Made by a program: the position numbers and the translations under genes
From: the human T2T-CHM13v2.0 reference genome, Homo sapiens
Reading direction: 5' to 3' (one strand)
Length of the DNA: 64,000 nt
Assembly (NCBI RefSeq): GCF_009914755.1
Contig: NC_060939.1
Shown: piece after piece, positions 24,680 to 37,645 of the stretch
Numbering within the stretch: the stretch's first letter is position 1
Layout of the letters: each line of letters starts with the position of its first letter
Notes under the pieces: model-generated
What the model was told of the DNA's origin: nothing
The model's input: only the letters and a program-made list of their open reading frames with translations
Database searches by the model: none

Positions 24680-25062
24680 AGGTTATATTCATTTGCTATT
24701 ACTCAGCAATAAAAAGTAAATGCAACAATATAAATGAATCTTAAAAACATAATATGGAAAGAAAGCAGCCAGACACAAAAGAATACCTCCTGTTTGGTTT
24801 CATTACCATAAAACCTAGAACAGACAAATGAATATACTATGATTTTAAAAAGATCATTATGATCAGAAAGCACTTGCCTGTTACAGGAAGGAGATGGGGA
24901 TTGACTGGAAAGGGGCATGAGAAAACTGTATGAAATATTATATATGGTTTATATCTTGTTTGGGGGTGGATATATAGCTGTGTATAATTGTCAACAGTCA
25001 TTGAACTGAGCACTTAAAATCTCTGCATTTTAGTGTATGTAAATTAATTTTTAAAATTATTT
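24680..25062 (+). mobile_element. old L1M (L1ME-like) 3'UTR
   Basis: ACTCAGCAATAAAAAG, ATGAATCTTAAAAACATAAT, GCCAGACACAAAAGAATAC, CACTTAAAATCT.TGCATTTTA.TGTATGTAAATT. Confidence 0.8.
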
Positions 25063-25064
25063 TA

Positions 25065-28010
25065 AAAGAAAAGTAAAAGGATAGAAAAAGATATACCATG
25101 AAAACAGCAATCATACAGAGTTGGGGCAGCTATACTAATACTAGATAAAATAGTCTGTAAGACAAAAACTTATTAGAGATGAAGAGGGACATTTTAAGTG
25201 ATGACAATTTATTCAATAAGGAAGATGTAACAAGAATAACAAGTATGTATGTACCTAATAACAAAATCCCAAAATATGTAAAGCAACAACTGACAAAATT
25301 GAAGGGAAAGATAGACAATTCAACAATAATAGTTGAGGACTGGAATACCTCACTTCCAACAATAAAGAGAAAAACTGGGCAGAAAACCAACTGGGATACA
25401 GAGACTTGAAAAACATTGTAAACCAAGTAGAATCAACACACATCTATAGAAAACTCCACCCAACAACAGCAGAAAATACATTCTTCTGAAGTGCATACGG
25501 AACATTCCACAGAAATATATGATGTGCTAGGCCATAAAATAAGCCACAATAGATAATAAAAGACTGAAATCATGTAAATTAGGCTCTATGCCCACAGATT
25601 TAGAAATCAATAACTAAAAGAAATGTGGGGAATACACAAATATGTGGAAATTAAGCAACACGTTCATAAATAACCAATAGGTCAAGGGAAAAAAATATCA
25701 CAAGGAAAATTAGAAGATACTTGAGATGAATGAAAATAAAAATACAGCATACAAAAAAAACCATGGGAGGAAGTTAAAGCAGCATTAGAGCTAAATTTAT
25801 AGCAATAAATGCTTATTTCTTTAAAAAATATCTCTAATAATCTAACCTTTCAATTTATGAAACTATAAAAGAACAAATGAAACTGAAAGCAAGCAAAAAG
25901 GAGAAAATAATAAAATTTCAGTAGAAATAAATGAAATAAAAAATAAAATACATAAAGCAACAGTTGGTTCTTGAACAAAATTGACAAATCTTTAGCGAAA
26001 CTTTAGCAAAAAAGAAGGAGGACTCAAATTACTCACATCAGGCAAGAAAGAAGAAACTTGACTACTAACTTTACAGATAAAAAGAATTCAAGGGGGATAA
26101 AACGTAAAAAAAAAAAAACCTCTATTGCTAACAAATTAAATAAACTATATGATATGGACAAATCCCTAGAAAGACACAAATTATTGAAACTAACTCAAGA
26201 AATAGAAAATCTAAATAGACCTATAACAGGTAAAAAGATTGAATTAGTAAATAAAAACTTCCCACAAAGAAAGATTCAGGCCTAGATGGCTTCCACTGGT
26301 AAATTCTCCCAAATATTTAAAGAAGAATTAATACCAATTGTTTATAAACTCTTTTAGAAAATAGAAGAAAGGGGAACTCATTCTATGAGTTCACTATTAC
26401 CCTGATACCAATGCCAGACAAAGGCATGAGAAAAAGAGAACTGCACACCTTTATGCATCCCTATCCTTTATGAATATAGATGCAAAACTCCAAGATGAAT
26501 CCTGAAACAAATAAAAAATTGTACCACAACTAAGAAAGATTTCTTCCAAGAATTCAAGATTGGTTTAACATCTGAAAATCAATTTATATAATATGCCACA
26601 ACAATAAAGAAAAAAATCACAATTACTTCAATAGATGCATAAAAAAATGGATAAACTCCAACACTCATGATTAAACAAAAAAAGAAGAAAACGCTTAAAC
26701 CAGGAACAAAAATTAACTTCCTCAAACTACCAGAAACTTACAGCTAACATCATACTAAATTGTAAAGAATCAAATGGTCTTCTTTCACTCTCAGATGTGA
26801 AAATCTCCTATGTAGAAAATCCCAAGGTATCGACAAAAAACAAAAAAAAAAAGCTATTAGAACTAATAAATGGGTTCAGCAAGTTTGCTGGATACAAGAT
26901 CAGTATAGAAAAATCGATTGCATTTCTATATATTAACAATGAAAAACCAAAATAAAATTAAGAAAATTCTATTTATAAATAACATCAAAAGGAATAAAAT
27001 TTTTAGGAATAGATTTAACAATTTAAGTATAAAATGTATATGCTAAAAACTACAAAACACTGTTGAGTGATACTGAAGATTAAAATAAATGGAAAGATAC
27101 ACCATGCTTATGAATTGGAGGATTTAATATCGTTAAGATGGCAATACTTCCCATATTAATGTACAAACTTAATGCAATTCTTAACAAAACTCTTCTGGTG
27201 TTTTTACAGAAATTCACAAGGTGACCCTAACATGTATATAAAAATGCAAGGGATCCAGAATCACTATAACAATCTTGAAAAAGAATAACAAAGTTGATGG
27301 ATTCACACTTCCCAATTCCAGAACATACTACAAAGCGACAGTAATCATAATGGTGTGGTACTGGTATAGGGATAAACATATTAATCAACAGAATAGAATT
27401 AAGAGTCCAGTAAATCCTCACATTTATGTTCAATCGATTTTCAGTAAATAGGCAAGACAATTCAGTGGGCAAAGAATAATCTTTAACAAATAGTGCTGGA
27501 CAACTGAATATCACATGCAAAAGAATGAATTTGCACCCTGACTTCACAATAGACACAAATTAACTCAAAGTGTATTATAGATCTAAATGTAAGAGCTAAA
27601 TTACAAAACTCTTTTCAAAACAACTACAAAATTCAATCTTCATGATCTCGGATTAGGGAATGACTCTTCAAATTAGACACCTAAAGCACAGGTGATAAAA
27701 GATGGCTAGGTTGGACTTCATCAAAATCAAAAACTTTTCTGCTTCAAGGGATATTTTTAAGAAAGTAAAAAGACAACCCTACAGATTGAGAGAAAAATTT
27801 TGAAAATTGCATATTTAGTAAGATACTTACACCCAAAATATATAGAGAACTCTTACAACTCAATAAAGACAAACAGCCCATTTTTTTCCATGAGCAAATG
27901 ATTTAAATAGAAATTTCTCCAAAGAAGACATATGAATGGCCAACCAATAAGCACGTGAAAAATGTCAATATCAATAGCTATCAGGGAAATGCAAATCAAA
28001 ATCACAAAGA
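25065..28010 (+). mobile_element. decayed L1M ORF2 (endonuclease to C-terminal region), with many stops, frameshifts and an internal RT deletion
   Basis: ORF remnants YVPNNKIPKYVKQQLTKLKGKIDNSTIIVEDWNTSL (EN domain) and LLKLTQEIENLNRPIT; GGATACAAGATCA; ATCAGGGAAATGCAAATCAAAA. Confidence 0.93.
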
Positions 28011-28379
28011 AACCAGGGCAGAGTGCCAGATGCTCCGTACCTTGAAAAGGTTCAAGGAAACTTGAAAGATCAGATGACATTTTTAGTGTAATCTACAAGT
28101 CACTCTTCAAATGACTTGAAGATTACGTGAATATATACAATAAAAGTTGGAAATATTCATAGATAATATAAAATTGAGACAAAAAAGGTCTAGAAAGACT
28201 GCAATGTCAAGATATGTATCATCAATTCCTGTACGCTACAGTTAAATTTTGTTCTGAGTTTTCTGGTGCCAAGAAAATAGGAAAGGGGTGGGCAATACAG
28301 TAAGATACAAAGAAAGCTTTTATTTCATGACACTTAATTCTAAAAGAATAATCAGGTGATATGAAGCCAATTTCTACAG

Positions 28380-28800
28380 ATATGGTCTCTGTCCTCCAAG
28401 AGCTCATAACTCAGAGAAAAATAAATATGCAAATGATTAAAATCAGTGAGGTAACTGCTATGAAGGACGTATGTACAAGCTATACTGGAGGCATAAGAGA
28501 GAGAGTTACCATTCAGATGAGGTGGACTCATGCTCTGATGTGGTAACATATGAGGTAGATTGGGTAGGAAGGTAAGGCCAGTAGAGGGTGGGAGAACATT
28601 CCAAGCATCTGCAGAGATTAAAATTACCTAAGACGTTTGAGAAATTGTAAGTGGTCTGATATGGCTGCAGTACTGGATGTGAAGATAAAATTAATGATAG
28701 CTGAGGGTGGCAGGAAAGCTGGGATCTTGCCATGTATAGCCTTATATGTCATGCCAAGGACTTTGGACTTTAACCTGTAGGCAAGGGGAACCATTGACTG
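28380..28800 (-). mobile_element. L2 fragment
   Basis: GGTCTCTGTCCTCCAAGAGCTCA, ATGCCAAGGACTTTGGACTTTA.CCTGTAGGCAA.GGGGAACCATTGA. Confidence 0.75.
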
Positions 28801-29254
28801 GCAAGCCCTGAGTAGAGAGTCTAGGCCTTATAATGGGAAGTTAGTTTCCAGAGATAACCTAAAGAATTCCTGCCTTTAGGTTTAATTCCAAAAGGGTAGT
28901 AATCCACAACCTAGCACTCCATAACAGTGATTTATATTGGAATTACTCTCCAAATTGGAAGATATGGTTAATCTGGGATTATAGGACGTGTAAGCTCAAA
29001 GTAATTTCCATTGTAACTCGTATAGCTTTCTACTCAGCCCATGACATTCCTACCTGGTTCCAGTTCTTGCAATTCAAAGAGAACAGGTCAATGTCAGTGT
29101 TAACATGTGGGTATGAAAACAGCAAGTACCCGCATATGAATTGGAACTGGGCTCACTGAAGAAAGCATGTAATTGGAGTGGGAATAAAAGCATCCAACTA
29201 TTATACTTGTGTGTGTACACACACACATTAGATATACTGCTACAGATATAGATA

Positions 29255-29380
29255 GATGCCAGGTGTGCTGGTCACTTTGCGAATCTCATCACACTTTACC
29301 TTCATGACAATCCAGAAAGGTAAGTACTAATCCCACTTCACAGATCAAGACTATTCTTACTTACAGAAGTTAACAGTGCT
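29255..29380 (-). mobile_element. MIR fragment
   Basis: TGCCAGGTGTG, CTTCATGACAATCC, CCCACTTCACAGAT. Confidence 0.55.
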
Positions 29381-30439
29381 CTCTCACTGGCTGGATTGGC
29401 ATGGATGCCTATTTTTGATAGTATTTCTAATCCTTACCACTGAAAGCATTGGAATGACACTTCATGTATTTTTTTCAGTAGAGAAGTAATAGAAACTATT
29501 CCCCTTAAATGGCAGATGTGATATCTCAAGCACAAAAGCTTGGGTGACTCACTCAAGTCAATAACAACTGTAGGACAGGAGCATTTCCAGTTGGCCCCGT
29601 ATTCCTTCTACTTAGTCTTTTTTGTTCTCATGTAAATACAAAGTCATAAATTTGTGGGGGTTCATATTGGCTTTGTTCCTTTTCCCATCTAGTTACCACA
29701 AGAGACCTTTCACTCTCCCTAGTGACACCATTCAACCTCTACATAACCCTACAACAAATACCCACTTCACTACCATATCACATGGCCAGACCAGTGGTCT
29801 TTTCCTTTAATGTTACATAGAATAATATTATTTCTCCATCAATTAACTCTGATTGGAATCATGATTATCACTAGTTTTATTCTTCAGGCTTGATAGAGTA
29901 CCAGCTGTGTCCAACAAATGTAACAACAGTGGCTTCCAGCCAAGTGCAACTGAGGTTTTTACAAGAATAGATACTTCGTGTATTCTAATGACAAAAGCAC
30001 ATAAATGAGGACTAATATTCTGTCTGTGGCAGAGAGAAAATCCTCTTGACTTTGAAGAGGTTCAAAGGCCCACACACACAGAAAACTGAGTGCTCTGTCA
30101 TGCTATCTGGATCAAGGGACTCCCCCAAGGGGCCGGCATCCCGGCCTTAGAAAGATGTCTGGGCCCTCATCACTGAGGCCTTTGAAACCTTGTACCAGAA
30201 ACCCCCAGGGGTGCCTCTCCAGCCTGCTCCCCTGGAACTTCTCAGGTACCCATGACACAGCCAGATAACCAGCCAGTTGTCACCTACCATCTAGGACAGT
30301 CTCTTACTCCTACCTGTCCATGCATGCTCACTAAACTTGCCCTGCAGCAGAAGTATGAATGACTCTTTATTAAAATAGACAGGAAAAACAATAGTGTCTC
30401 ATCTCACACCTGCACTAGGAAAAAATCCTCTGTCTTCCT

Positions 30440-31092
30440 CTCTCCCTTCTGGGCCCACTCCCTCCAAGTCATCTCAGAGCTGCTGCCAGCAGCATGTAAA
30501 ATATGAATCTGACTTTTTGACCCATCTGATTAAAAACTGAAGTTGGAGCACCTCTGGCAGCAGATTGAAGTCCAAACCCCTTCAAAAAGTATTCAAGGGC
30601 CTTCACAACCTGATTTCAACAATATCCTGAACAGTTTTCCCATACACTGGAGCTCTGGCCTTCCCAGGTAACTCACTACCCCCTGAAGATGTTGTACATT
30701 TTCATTATATATGATTTTTGTTACTATTCAATTTATCTAGAATACATCACATCCCCTATCTCACCTCACTCACCTGACAAACTCCCAATCATTCTTTGAG
30801 AACTAGCTAAAATGTTCTCACCCCTCTAATGCTTTCCCTGACCATCCCAGGCCAAATTAACCAGTCCTTCCTCTGTGACTCTGCCTATTGCACTTATTCT
30901 GATTTTCCCAGCTCAACAGATGACAGAGCCAAGACTCAAACCCTGGCCTTCTGACTCCAAGTTCTAAGGTCTTTACTTAACCCCTTGCCTACTGTGCAAT
31001 ATTACAAATGGAATCATGCGTCAATTCTGAATCCCGACTGGCAGGCCAATTGTGGGTAGTCAGTAAACTTACAGTGGATGAATGAATGAACA
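30440..31092 (+). mobile_element. degraded L2 with an internal antisense MIR piece (about 30910-30990)
   Basis: AAGTCCAAAC, GCCTTCACAACCTG, CTTTCCCTGACC, GAATGAATGAA tail; CAGAGCCAAGACTCAAACCC..TCTGACTCCA. Confidence 0.6.
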
Positions 31093-31133
31093 ACAACCTG
31101 AAGGAAGCTTCTACTATCCCCACCCACCCCCCA

Positions 31134-31134
<1 letters not shown>

Positions 31135-31163
<29 letters not shown>
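31135..31163. repeat. (CA)n microsatellite
   Basis: read directly from the sequence. Confidence 0.95.
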
Positions 31164-31168
<5 letters not shown>

Positions 31169-33248
31169 TTATTCTTCGAACTGGAATTTGTAAAGACAGC
31201 TTGGTTTCCCAGATGCATCCAACTCATCAGGTACTACAAATTCTGTAACCAGGCCCCAATTTAGGGATACTACAACTATGCATCATGTAATCATGTAGGT
31301 CCTCCAGTGATACTCATCTTGCTCATTTGGCCATGGATAAAGGAGAAAAGAGAGAGAAGTTCCCTTTCAGCACCCTAACACATCTCTTAATACAGCCTCT
31401 AAGTCTTTGAGTCCTCCAGGAGCCAGCAGCCAAGTCCAAACTAAAAGCATCACATGTTGTTTTGGAGAAAGAAGCCAGGGTGTCCACAGTAATATAAATA
31501 CAGAGACAGATAGGACGAGCAGGCCCTATGGAGAGAGGCCAAGCCTGAGAAAGTCAAAGGGCTTTGAGCTCTGAATTATGCTCTGTCAAAGAAAAAAAAA
31601 AGTAGAAGATAAAAGAGAAAGAATAAACAAACTTCTTCATTTTTACTTTTCACAAAAAAGTCTCTTCTGGAAGCAGCAAATAAAATCTTCCCAACTCACT
31701 GGGTGCTGAGTAGAGTGTTAAGACACTAGCCCTTGAAGGAAGAATGAATAAGCAATTCAAAGTGGGCTTTTCTGCCCTAGGCTAAATCTGAAATCATCCA
31801 TTTTGCCAGCAGTATTCTGTCTGCCAACCTACCTGCAAAGAAAGGGGCCATTTAAAACTTCACATCCACCCGAGATGGCTGTTGTACAAAACACACACTC
31901 ACAGGCTCCCCTCAAAGCCTAGTAAGGAAGAAGGAAGAAGGAAAAAGCAAAGGAAATATCTGGCAGCTCCTAGACTTTAGGAATTCCACAAACAAAGCCA
32001 TTGCCAACATCTATTTGACAGGATGTATAGAGAGTTCATAAAGTAAGTGTTTATAGAAATTCCAAAATGTTTAAAACTATCTCTTGATTTTTGAAGGTCA
32101 CTGTAATCTAGTCTATTGGAGAATGCTATTGTAGAGTCTTTGGCTATTGTTACTTATACCTGCATATATGAAATCACCACTCCTAAAAACCACGAATTAG
32201 AAGGCTGATTTGTTTAAAGAAATACTGTTGTCCATGATGGAAGAAGGATGCTAACTCACAGAGAGAATGATGCTGCCTGTGGAACAGAGTCGGAGCTGGC
32301 TTTTATGGAACCTATTGTCACTTTGATTATACACTGTCTAGGACAGGACTGAGGCCCACATAATACCAAGCATACCACAAATACGTAAGATCGCTGTTGA
32401 GTTTGTTTCTTTTTATTGTTTAAGAAAAAAGAATGCTGGGGTTTGAGTTGTTCTTTTACACCCAGAACACACTACACATCAGAGATGTGCTGACACCGTG
32501 CTTTTTCTTTTTTATATAACAAGAAAAAGTGGCATAGAGGGAAAAAGAGGTCAAATTAAACATCAAGGTAGCTAAAAGGAAAATTGTGTCCGCTGCTCTA
32601 ATATCACAATCCCAAGGAGAACTGCAGACATTTGTCCTCGAGTTCCTCAGGTTGGTAGGCAGAAATTACATTATTTTCCTGAATATTCCTACTGTAAAAT
32701 AGTCATGGTACTTCCTGCTGGGAGTGCAAAGATGAATAAGAAATGCCTTCTAATCTTAGGGGATTCATTAGGTAAAGTTCATCCAGGTGACCAACTACTG
32801 CCCTCATTTTGGCCCCAAGGATTCCTGCCTTCTGTGCATCTTTCTCCACCCTTACATGACTTGATCTGGCATCACCTTGTTAATGCTTCCTTGGATCTAT
32901 AAACCTGACAATGACCTCTCACCTCTCCCAAGAGGATTTGCATAAATCCAAACACCTATAGGTGGATGTCTTCCCATTGCTTCAAGCATGAACTAAGCCA
33001 GGTACCTTCCTTTGTCAGACTTCCACCCATCCAAATGGGCTTCCTTCCAAGTGGCTCCCTTCCCTGCCATACCAGCTCCACTCTTTTAGTCTCCTACTTT
33101 TTACTCCTACTTCTCCTTCAGCCTTTTATTTCTATCCTGTCACCAAGTCTTAGCATCTGTCCCATCAGCGATTTTTAGGTCTATTTCAACTTAGATCTAT
33201 GCCTCACTAACTCACAAAAGAAGAAACTGGCATCTTTGTCCCTTCCAA

Positions 33249-33298
33249 CTAATTTTGCAAGATATGTTTTCCTAACTTTGCAAGATATGTTTTTCTAA
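33249..33298. repeat. 23-bp tandem duplication
   Basis: CTAATTTTGCAAGATATGTTTTC / CTAACTTTGCAAGATATGTTTTT, then CTAA. Confidence 0.9.
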
Positions 33299-33526
33299 AA
33301 GCATTCATCATTATTTTCCTGTTTATGAAACTTGATCGATCTCCCTTTTCTCTGTCTTGTCAAACATACACCCTTTCAAAACCCTCTATGGCCTAACCTT
33401 TCTCTGGCTATACAATGGTATTTCAACCAATCCCTATCATCCTAGTCTATTCCAATCAGGCTGTTACCATCTCAATGCCTTTGTTCAAACTGTCCTCCAC
33501 CTCACCAAATCATTGTCCAGGAACAT

Positions 33527-33650
33527 GATTCATTCAGTCAAGTATTCAGCAAGCATCCAATGGACAAGATACACTATGCTGGACACCAGGACACAACAGA
33601 GAGCACGACAGGCCCATTTCTTGCCCTCAAGAGTCTTATATCTAGTGCTG
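33527..33650 (-). mobile_element. L2 3' end fragment
   Basis: ATTCATTCAGTCAAGTATT, CACTATGCT, CTTGCCCTCAAGAGTCTTATATCTAGTG. Confidence 0.6.
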
Positions 33651-35379
33651 CAACAATTAGCCCATCTCCCAAGAAAAACTTTGATCCTTTCCTCATGCTT
33701 TATATTTTGAAAACCTTGGTAGAGAAAAAGTTTCTTTTAAAAAAAGAAAAACATTTCTTAACAAGCAAAAGCAATTAAAGTAATGTATTTAAATTTAATG
33801 TAAAGTATGTAAATTGAATGAATATTTATGTAAATATGCATGTAAATTTAAAACATTTTCTAATCTGGTTGGAAATGGATTTCCAAAAATAAGTAATAGA
33901 AAAGAAACAATAGAATGTTAAACTCCTTTATAGCGTCATCACCCGCCTCCCCCAGGAAGCTTTATAAAACAAAATTATTTTTAAAATTCACCCATTACGG
34001 AATTTTCCTTCTTTAAATATCCATGGTCCTTAGTCCAGTGCTTAGTTATACTCTTTTGTTTTGTGTATGATCGCTTTTGCCCTGTGGACACATACGCTCT
34101 AAATAGAGACACACAGCTTGGCTCTGTGCTTGTTGTGTAGCCCTGACAATAATAAAGCAACGAGCGAGCTTCACAAATATGCCACAGTGGATATTACGCT
34201 CACACATAAAAACAGACCTGTATAATTTAAAACTCAACCTCAGTAATCCAAAAACCCAGTATAGCAGGCTTGAACTTCAACATCCATCAACATTTTCAAC
34301 TAGAAGAAAATCAGACTCTGTTGAGCCTTCTCGTCAGCCTTTCCTGCCTACAGCCAAGAGGATGACAGGCAAAAAGAACGGGGTGGAAAAGCAAAGGGCA
34401 ATTCACATGTGAACTAGATTATAGAGCCATTTGTTTCTACCTCTAAATTTTTATCATGCGGGCCTCAAATAAACTTGTCACCAGACATCATGTGGGCTTT
34501 TGGACCTAAAACCTCTAGAAGTTTTTGATATGACTCTTAGTTTCTGACACAACTATTTTTAGTGAAATAACATTGCCTCTGCTTCTGTGACATTTCCCAG
34601 AACAACAGTTAATCTGAAATCAGACAGAGGGAATTTTATTTTGATCTAAACTTTCGCTCAATGAGAGAGTCAGGGAAAGCCATATCCTGTGTGTTCAAGT
34701 CCCATAATAAAAGCTGCGTAATTTAAATGGAGTCAGGTCACACTCTGTTCTTCCTTGAGTCAGCTGCTCACCTAGATTCAAAAATAGGGACCAAAAAAGA
34801 TAAACTGGCTTGGTTCCTAACTGCTAATGTGGTCTCTAGGAACTGAAAAACCACATGATCCACCCTAACTGAAGCAGAAGATTACAAAAAGCAGGTCCCG
34901 CCTTGACCATTGCCTCTGTTTCTAATCCTTTCCCAAAGCTGCCAAGTGCATCCTGGAAGGGCCACTTAAACTCTCTAAGCGAAAGTCAAAATAGAATGGA
35001 AAATTCTGGGAACTCTGACTATGCAACACCTTGTTGTCATTCAAAGTTTTCTCTTTAAAAAAAAATTTTATTGCTGCTGTTTAGTCATTTGTATACCTCT
35101 ACTGTTACAACTAACATGTTTGTCCACTGTTGAGTAAGCCATAGTGCAAACACAGTTTCAAACACCTCACCAACAGTCCAAAATGTTAATCTTGGGGCTT
35201 AACAAATGTTAACTACAACCTGGAGATATAGTTCCAATATCCTTATAATTAAATAGTAAAATTATTATGCTCTTTCCCCAGTCATGTCTGCACTATTGTT
35301 TCTAAATGTATCCACAGGTTGCCAGTAATGATGTTTCTGGTGATCTGGCTCAGAAGGCTGAGCTGATGAGTGATCACTC

Positions 35380-35732
35380 AGAAATACTGAATCAGGCAAT
35401 GGAAATTCTGAATCGGTGGGCTCTGGAGAAGGAACTGAGGGCGAGGTGACTCGGGGCCGGAGGGCTATTATGGACTATGGACAAGCTGAAGGCATGGGAA
35501 GCCTGACCAGTAGATAGAGGAATATGAACTTGGTGGACAGGGAAAAGCAGGGACGTCATGAACGAAAGACCACAGACCCTCTGTTCTAGTCCATGGGGCC
35601 AGGCTGTGCTCCACTGCCTACTCTTGGATTCCCCAAAGAATGCTTTATGTCCTTATAATAAATCCACCTTTCCATGGACAAAAATGAGTGTGTCTCTGTG
35701 TCTTCAAACCTGAGAGCTAAAACCAAAAAACA
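35380..35732 (+). mobile_element. ancient MaLR LTR (MLT1M/N/O class)
   Basis: GGAAATTCTGAA; 3' end CCTTATAATAAATCC..TGAGTGTGTCTCTGT..CAAACC..GAGCTAAAACCAAAAAACA. Confidence 0.55.
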
Positions 35733-35780
35733 TAACTTATGATGCTGTAGAAGAAACTTCTACCCCTTTGTACGCATGGA

Positions 35781-35935
35781 GATGTTTCCCAAATCTACAC
35801 AATGATAGAAATAACTTGCTGCGTTAAAAAGTATAGATTGTCAAGCTCCTCCTCTGTAGATTGAGTCCAAAGTTCTGACTTGGGCCCTGAGAAGATGTTT
35901 GTATTCTTATATTCAGGCAAGTTTGGGCCAAATTC
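35781..35935. mobile_element. MER5-family hAT MITE relic
   Basis: TIR-like GTTTCCCAAA ... ATTCTTATATTCAGGCAAGTTTGGG. Confidence 0.5.
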
Positions 35936-36699
35936 ATTGAAGTGAATTCTGAGATCCTTTCAATTGCAAAGTCAACAAATACAAACTAATCATTCCTCTA
36001 TACATAGGAGTAGTTTAAGTGCACAGACGTAGAATCAAAGACCTATTTCTTGTCCTCAAAAAATAAAAAAAACTTTTTTCTGGAATATACTAGACTAGGC
36101 CAATCAATAAAGTCTTTAGAAATTGAGGAACAAAGCTGAAATATGTGTGTGTGCATCTGTGTGCGTGTGTGTTGATCTAATTTTAGAGATTAGCACTCAA
36201 AAAACATTTGAACTATGTCTACATTATACATCACTGAATCCATATAACCTGTAAACATGTGGGCTCTACCTCCCCAATACACAGAGCTGAACATTACATA
36301 GTTTATTTTATAGGGAGGGGTGTAGTCTATTTGAAAAAGACCAAGAAAAAAAACACTGCAAATACGGCCAGAAAAAGGATTTGAAAGTGAAGATTTCGTG
36401 ACAGTAGTGCAGAGCTTAATTAGCTAATTAATGTGAACTTTGCAAAGTTGCTATGAAAATACTAAATTTGAATTTCAGAGACAGTGTGACCCAAATTCAC
36501 AAGAAATGCCTTATGGGATTTTGGAGGAATAGACATAAGTTTCAGCTTGATTGCTTTGCCTCAGCTTCTAGTTCTCATAAAAGCTATAAATAATTCCATG
36601 ATTTCTACTTAGAGAGCTCTCTCTCTTCTGACACTAACTTAACCTCCTACTTAGAAGATAAACCTTCAACTCCCAGAAACTCAGAGATAGGCAATGTTC

Positions 36700-36950
36700 C
36701 AACACAGTAAGAGCTTACTACTTGAGCCAGATACGGGCTTAAATCCATCAGTTCTTTAGTCCTATTAATTGTGTGACTGACCTTGGTGGGCAAGGTCCAT
36801 TTCCTCTGAGTGTCACTTTTTTAATCTATAAAATGAGGTTAAAACCAGCTACCTCTTAGAAGCACTGTGAGAATTAAATCAGATAATATACGGACAGCAC
36901 TTAACAAAGCATCTGGCACATAATCAAACCTTAATAAATGGTGGCTATAT
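36700..36950 (+). mobile_element. MIR
   Basis: GAGCCAGA, TGACCTTGG, ATCTATAAAATGAGG, TGTGAGAATTAAAT, CTGGCACATAAT..AATAAATGG. Confidence 0.8.
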
Positions 36951-36959
36951 GCATATTTA

Positions 36960-37115
36960 GAAGATTGTTCTGGAAGGGCCCGTGGTGATCAATCAACCCA
37001 ACCTTCACATTGTGCAGATGAAGAAGCTGAGGCACTAGGACAATCAATTGCCAACGACACCGATGGGCAAAATCTGGGAAAGAGCCCAGTCTTGGGCTGT
37101 CCAGTTAGTGTTCTA
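36960..37115 (-). mobile_element. MIR fragment
   Basis: TGGAAGGG, CATTGTGCAGATGAAGAAGCTGAGGC. Confidence 0.6.
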
Positions 37116-37329
37116 AAAAAACCATTCAATTATATTTGTTTGACGCCACCTTAACTCCAACAGAAAGTGAATTATAACTACATTCTTTTAAGGTATTCCC
37201 TGGAAATTGATTGGAGCTTGTCACATTTTTGCAGAAACCTTTTTTCAGAATATTCTCAGCTTTACATGTTGGGAACAGGACTGCAGATAAATTCTGTGAA
37301 AATCTTTGCTTTTTGTAAATTAAATCTGC

Positions 37330-37645
37330 TTTTAAAAAACCAGGCTAAAAATAACATTTAAATGCAGGGTGACAGGAAAGAGAATTGACTTGGTGGTGGG
37401 GTTGGTAGTTACTTGAGTCGATGTGGTCAGAGGAGAGCTTACTAGAAAAGTGACGCTTGGGCTGAGGTCTTCATGGTGTGAAGGAAGCAGCCAAGCAAAC
37501 ACATGGGTAGATGGAAGTGCAAGTGCAAAGTCTCTGAGGTTAGAAGAGCATGGTGCACTCCAAGCATTGGAAAGTCTTTCAGTGTGACCAGATGATACTG
37601 GAAAACAGAGGAAAGTGCTTGGTGGGTGTGGTCCAATGCCACTAT
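37330..37645 (-). mobile_element. L2 fragment
   Basis: GTGGTCAGAGGAGAGCT..AAGTGAC..GCTGAGGTCT, GCAAGTGCAAAGTCTCTGAGG. Confidence 0.7.

Noticed and set aside
36700-37115. tRNA-like or Pol III genes in MIR heads
   Set aside because: The MIR copies are heavily decayed, with no intact cloverleaf or A/B box pair visible.
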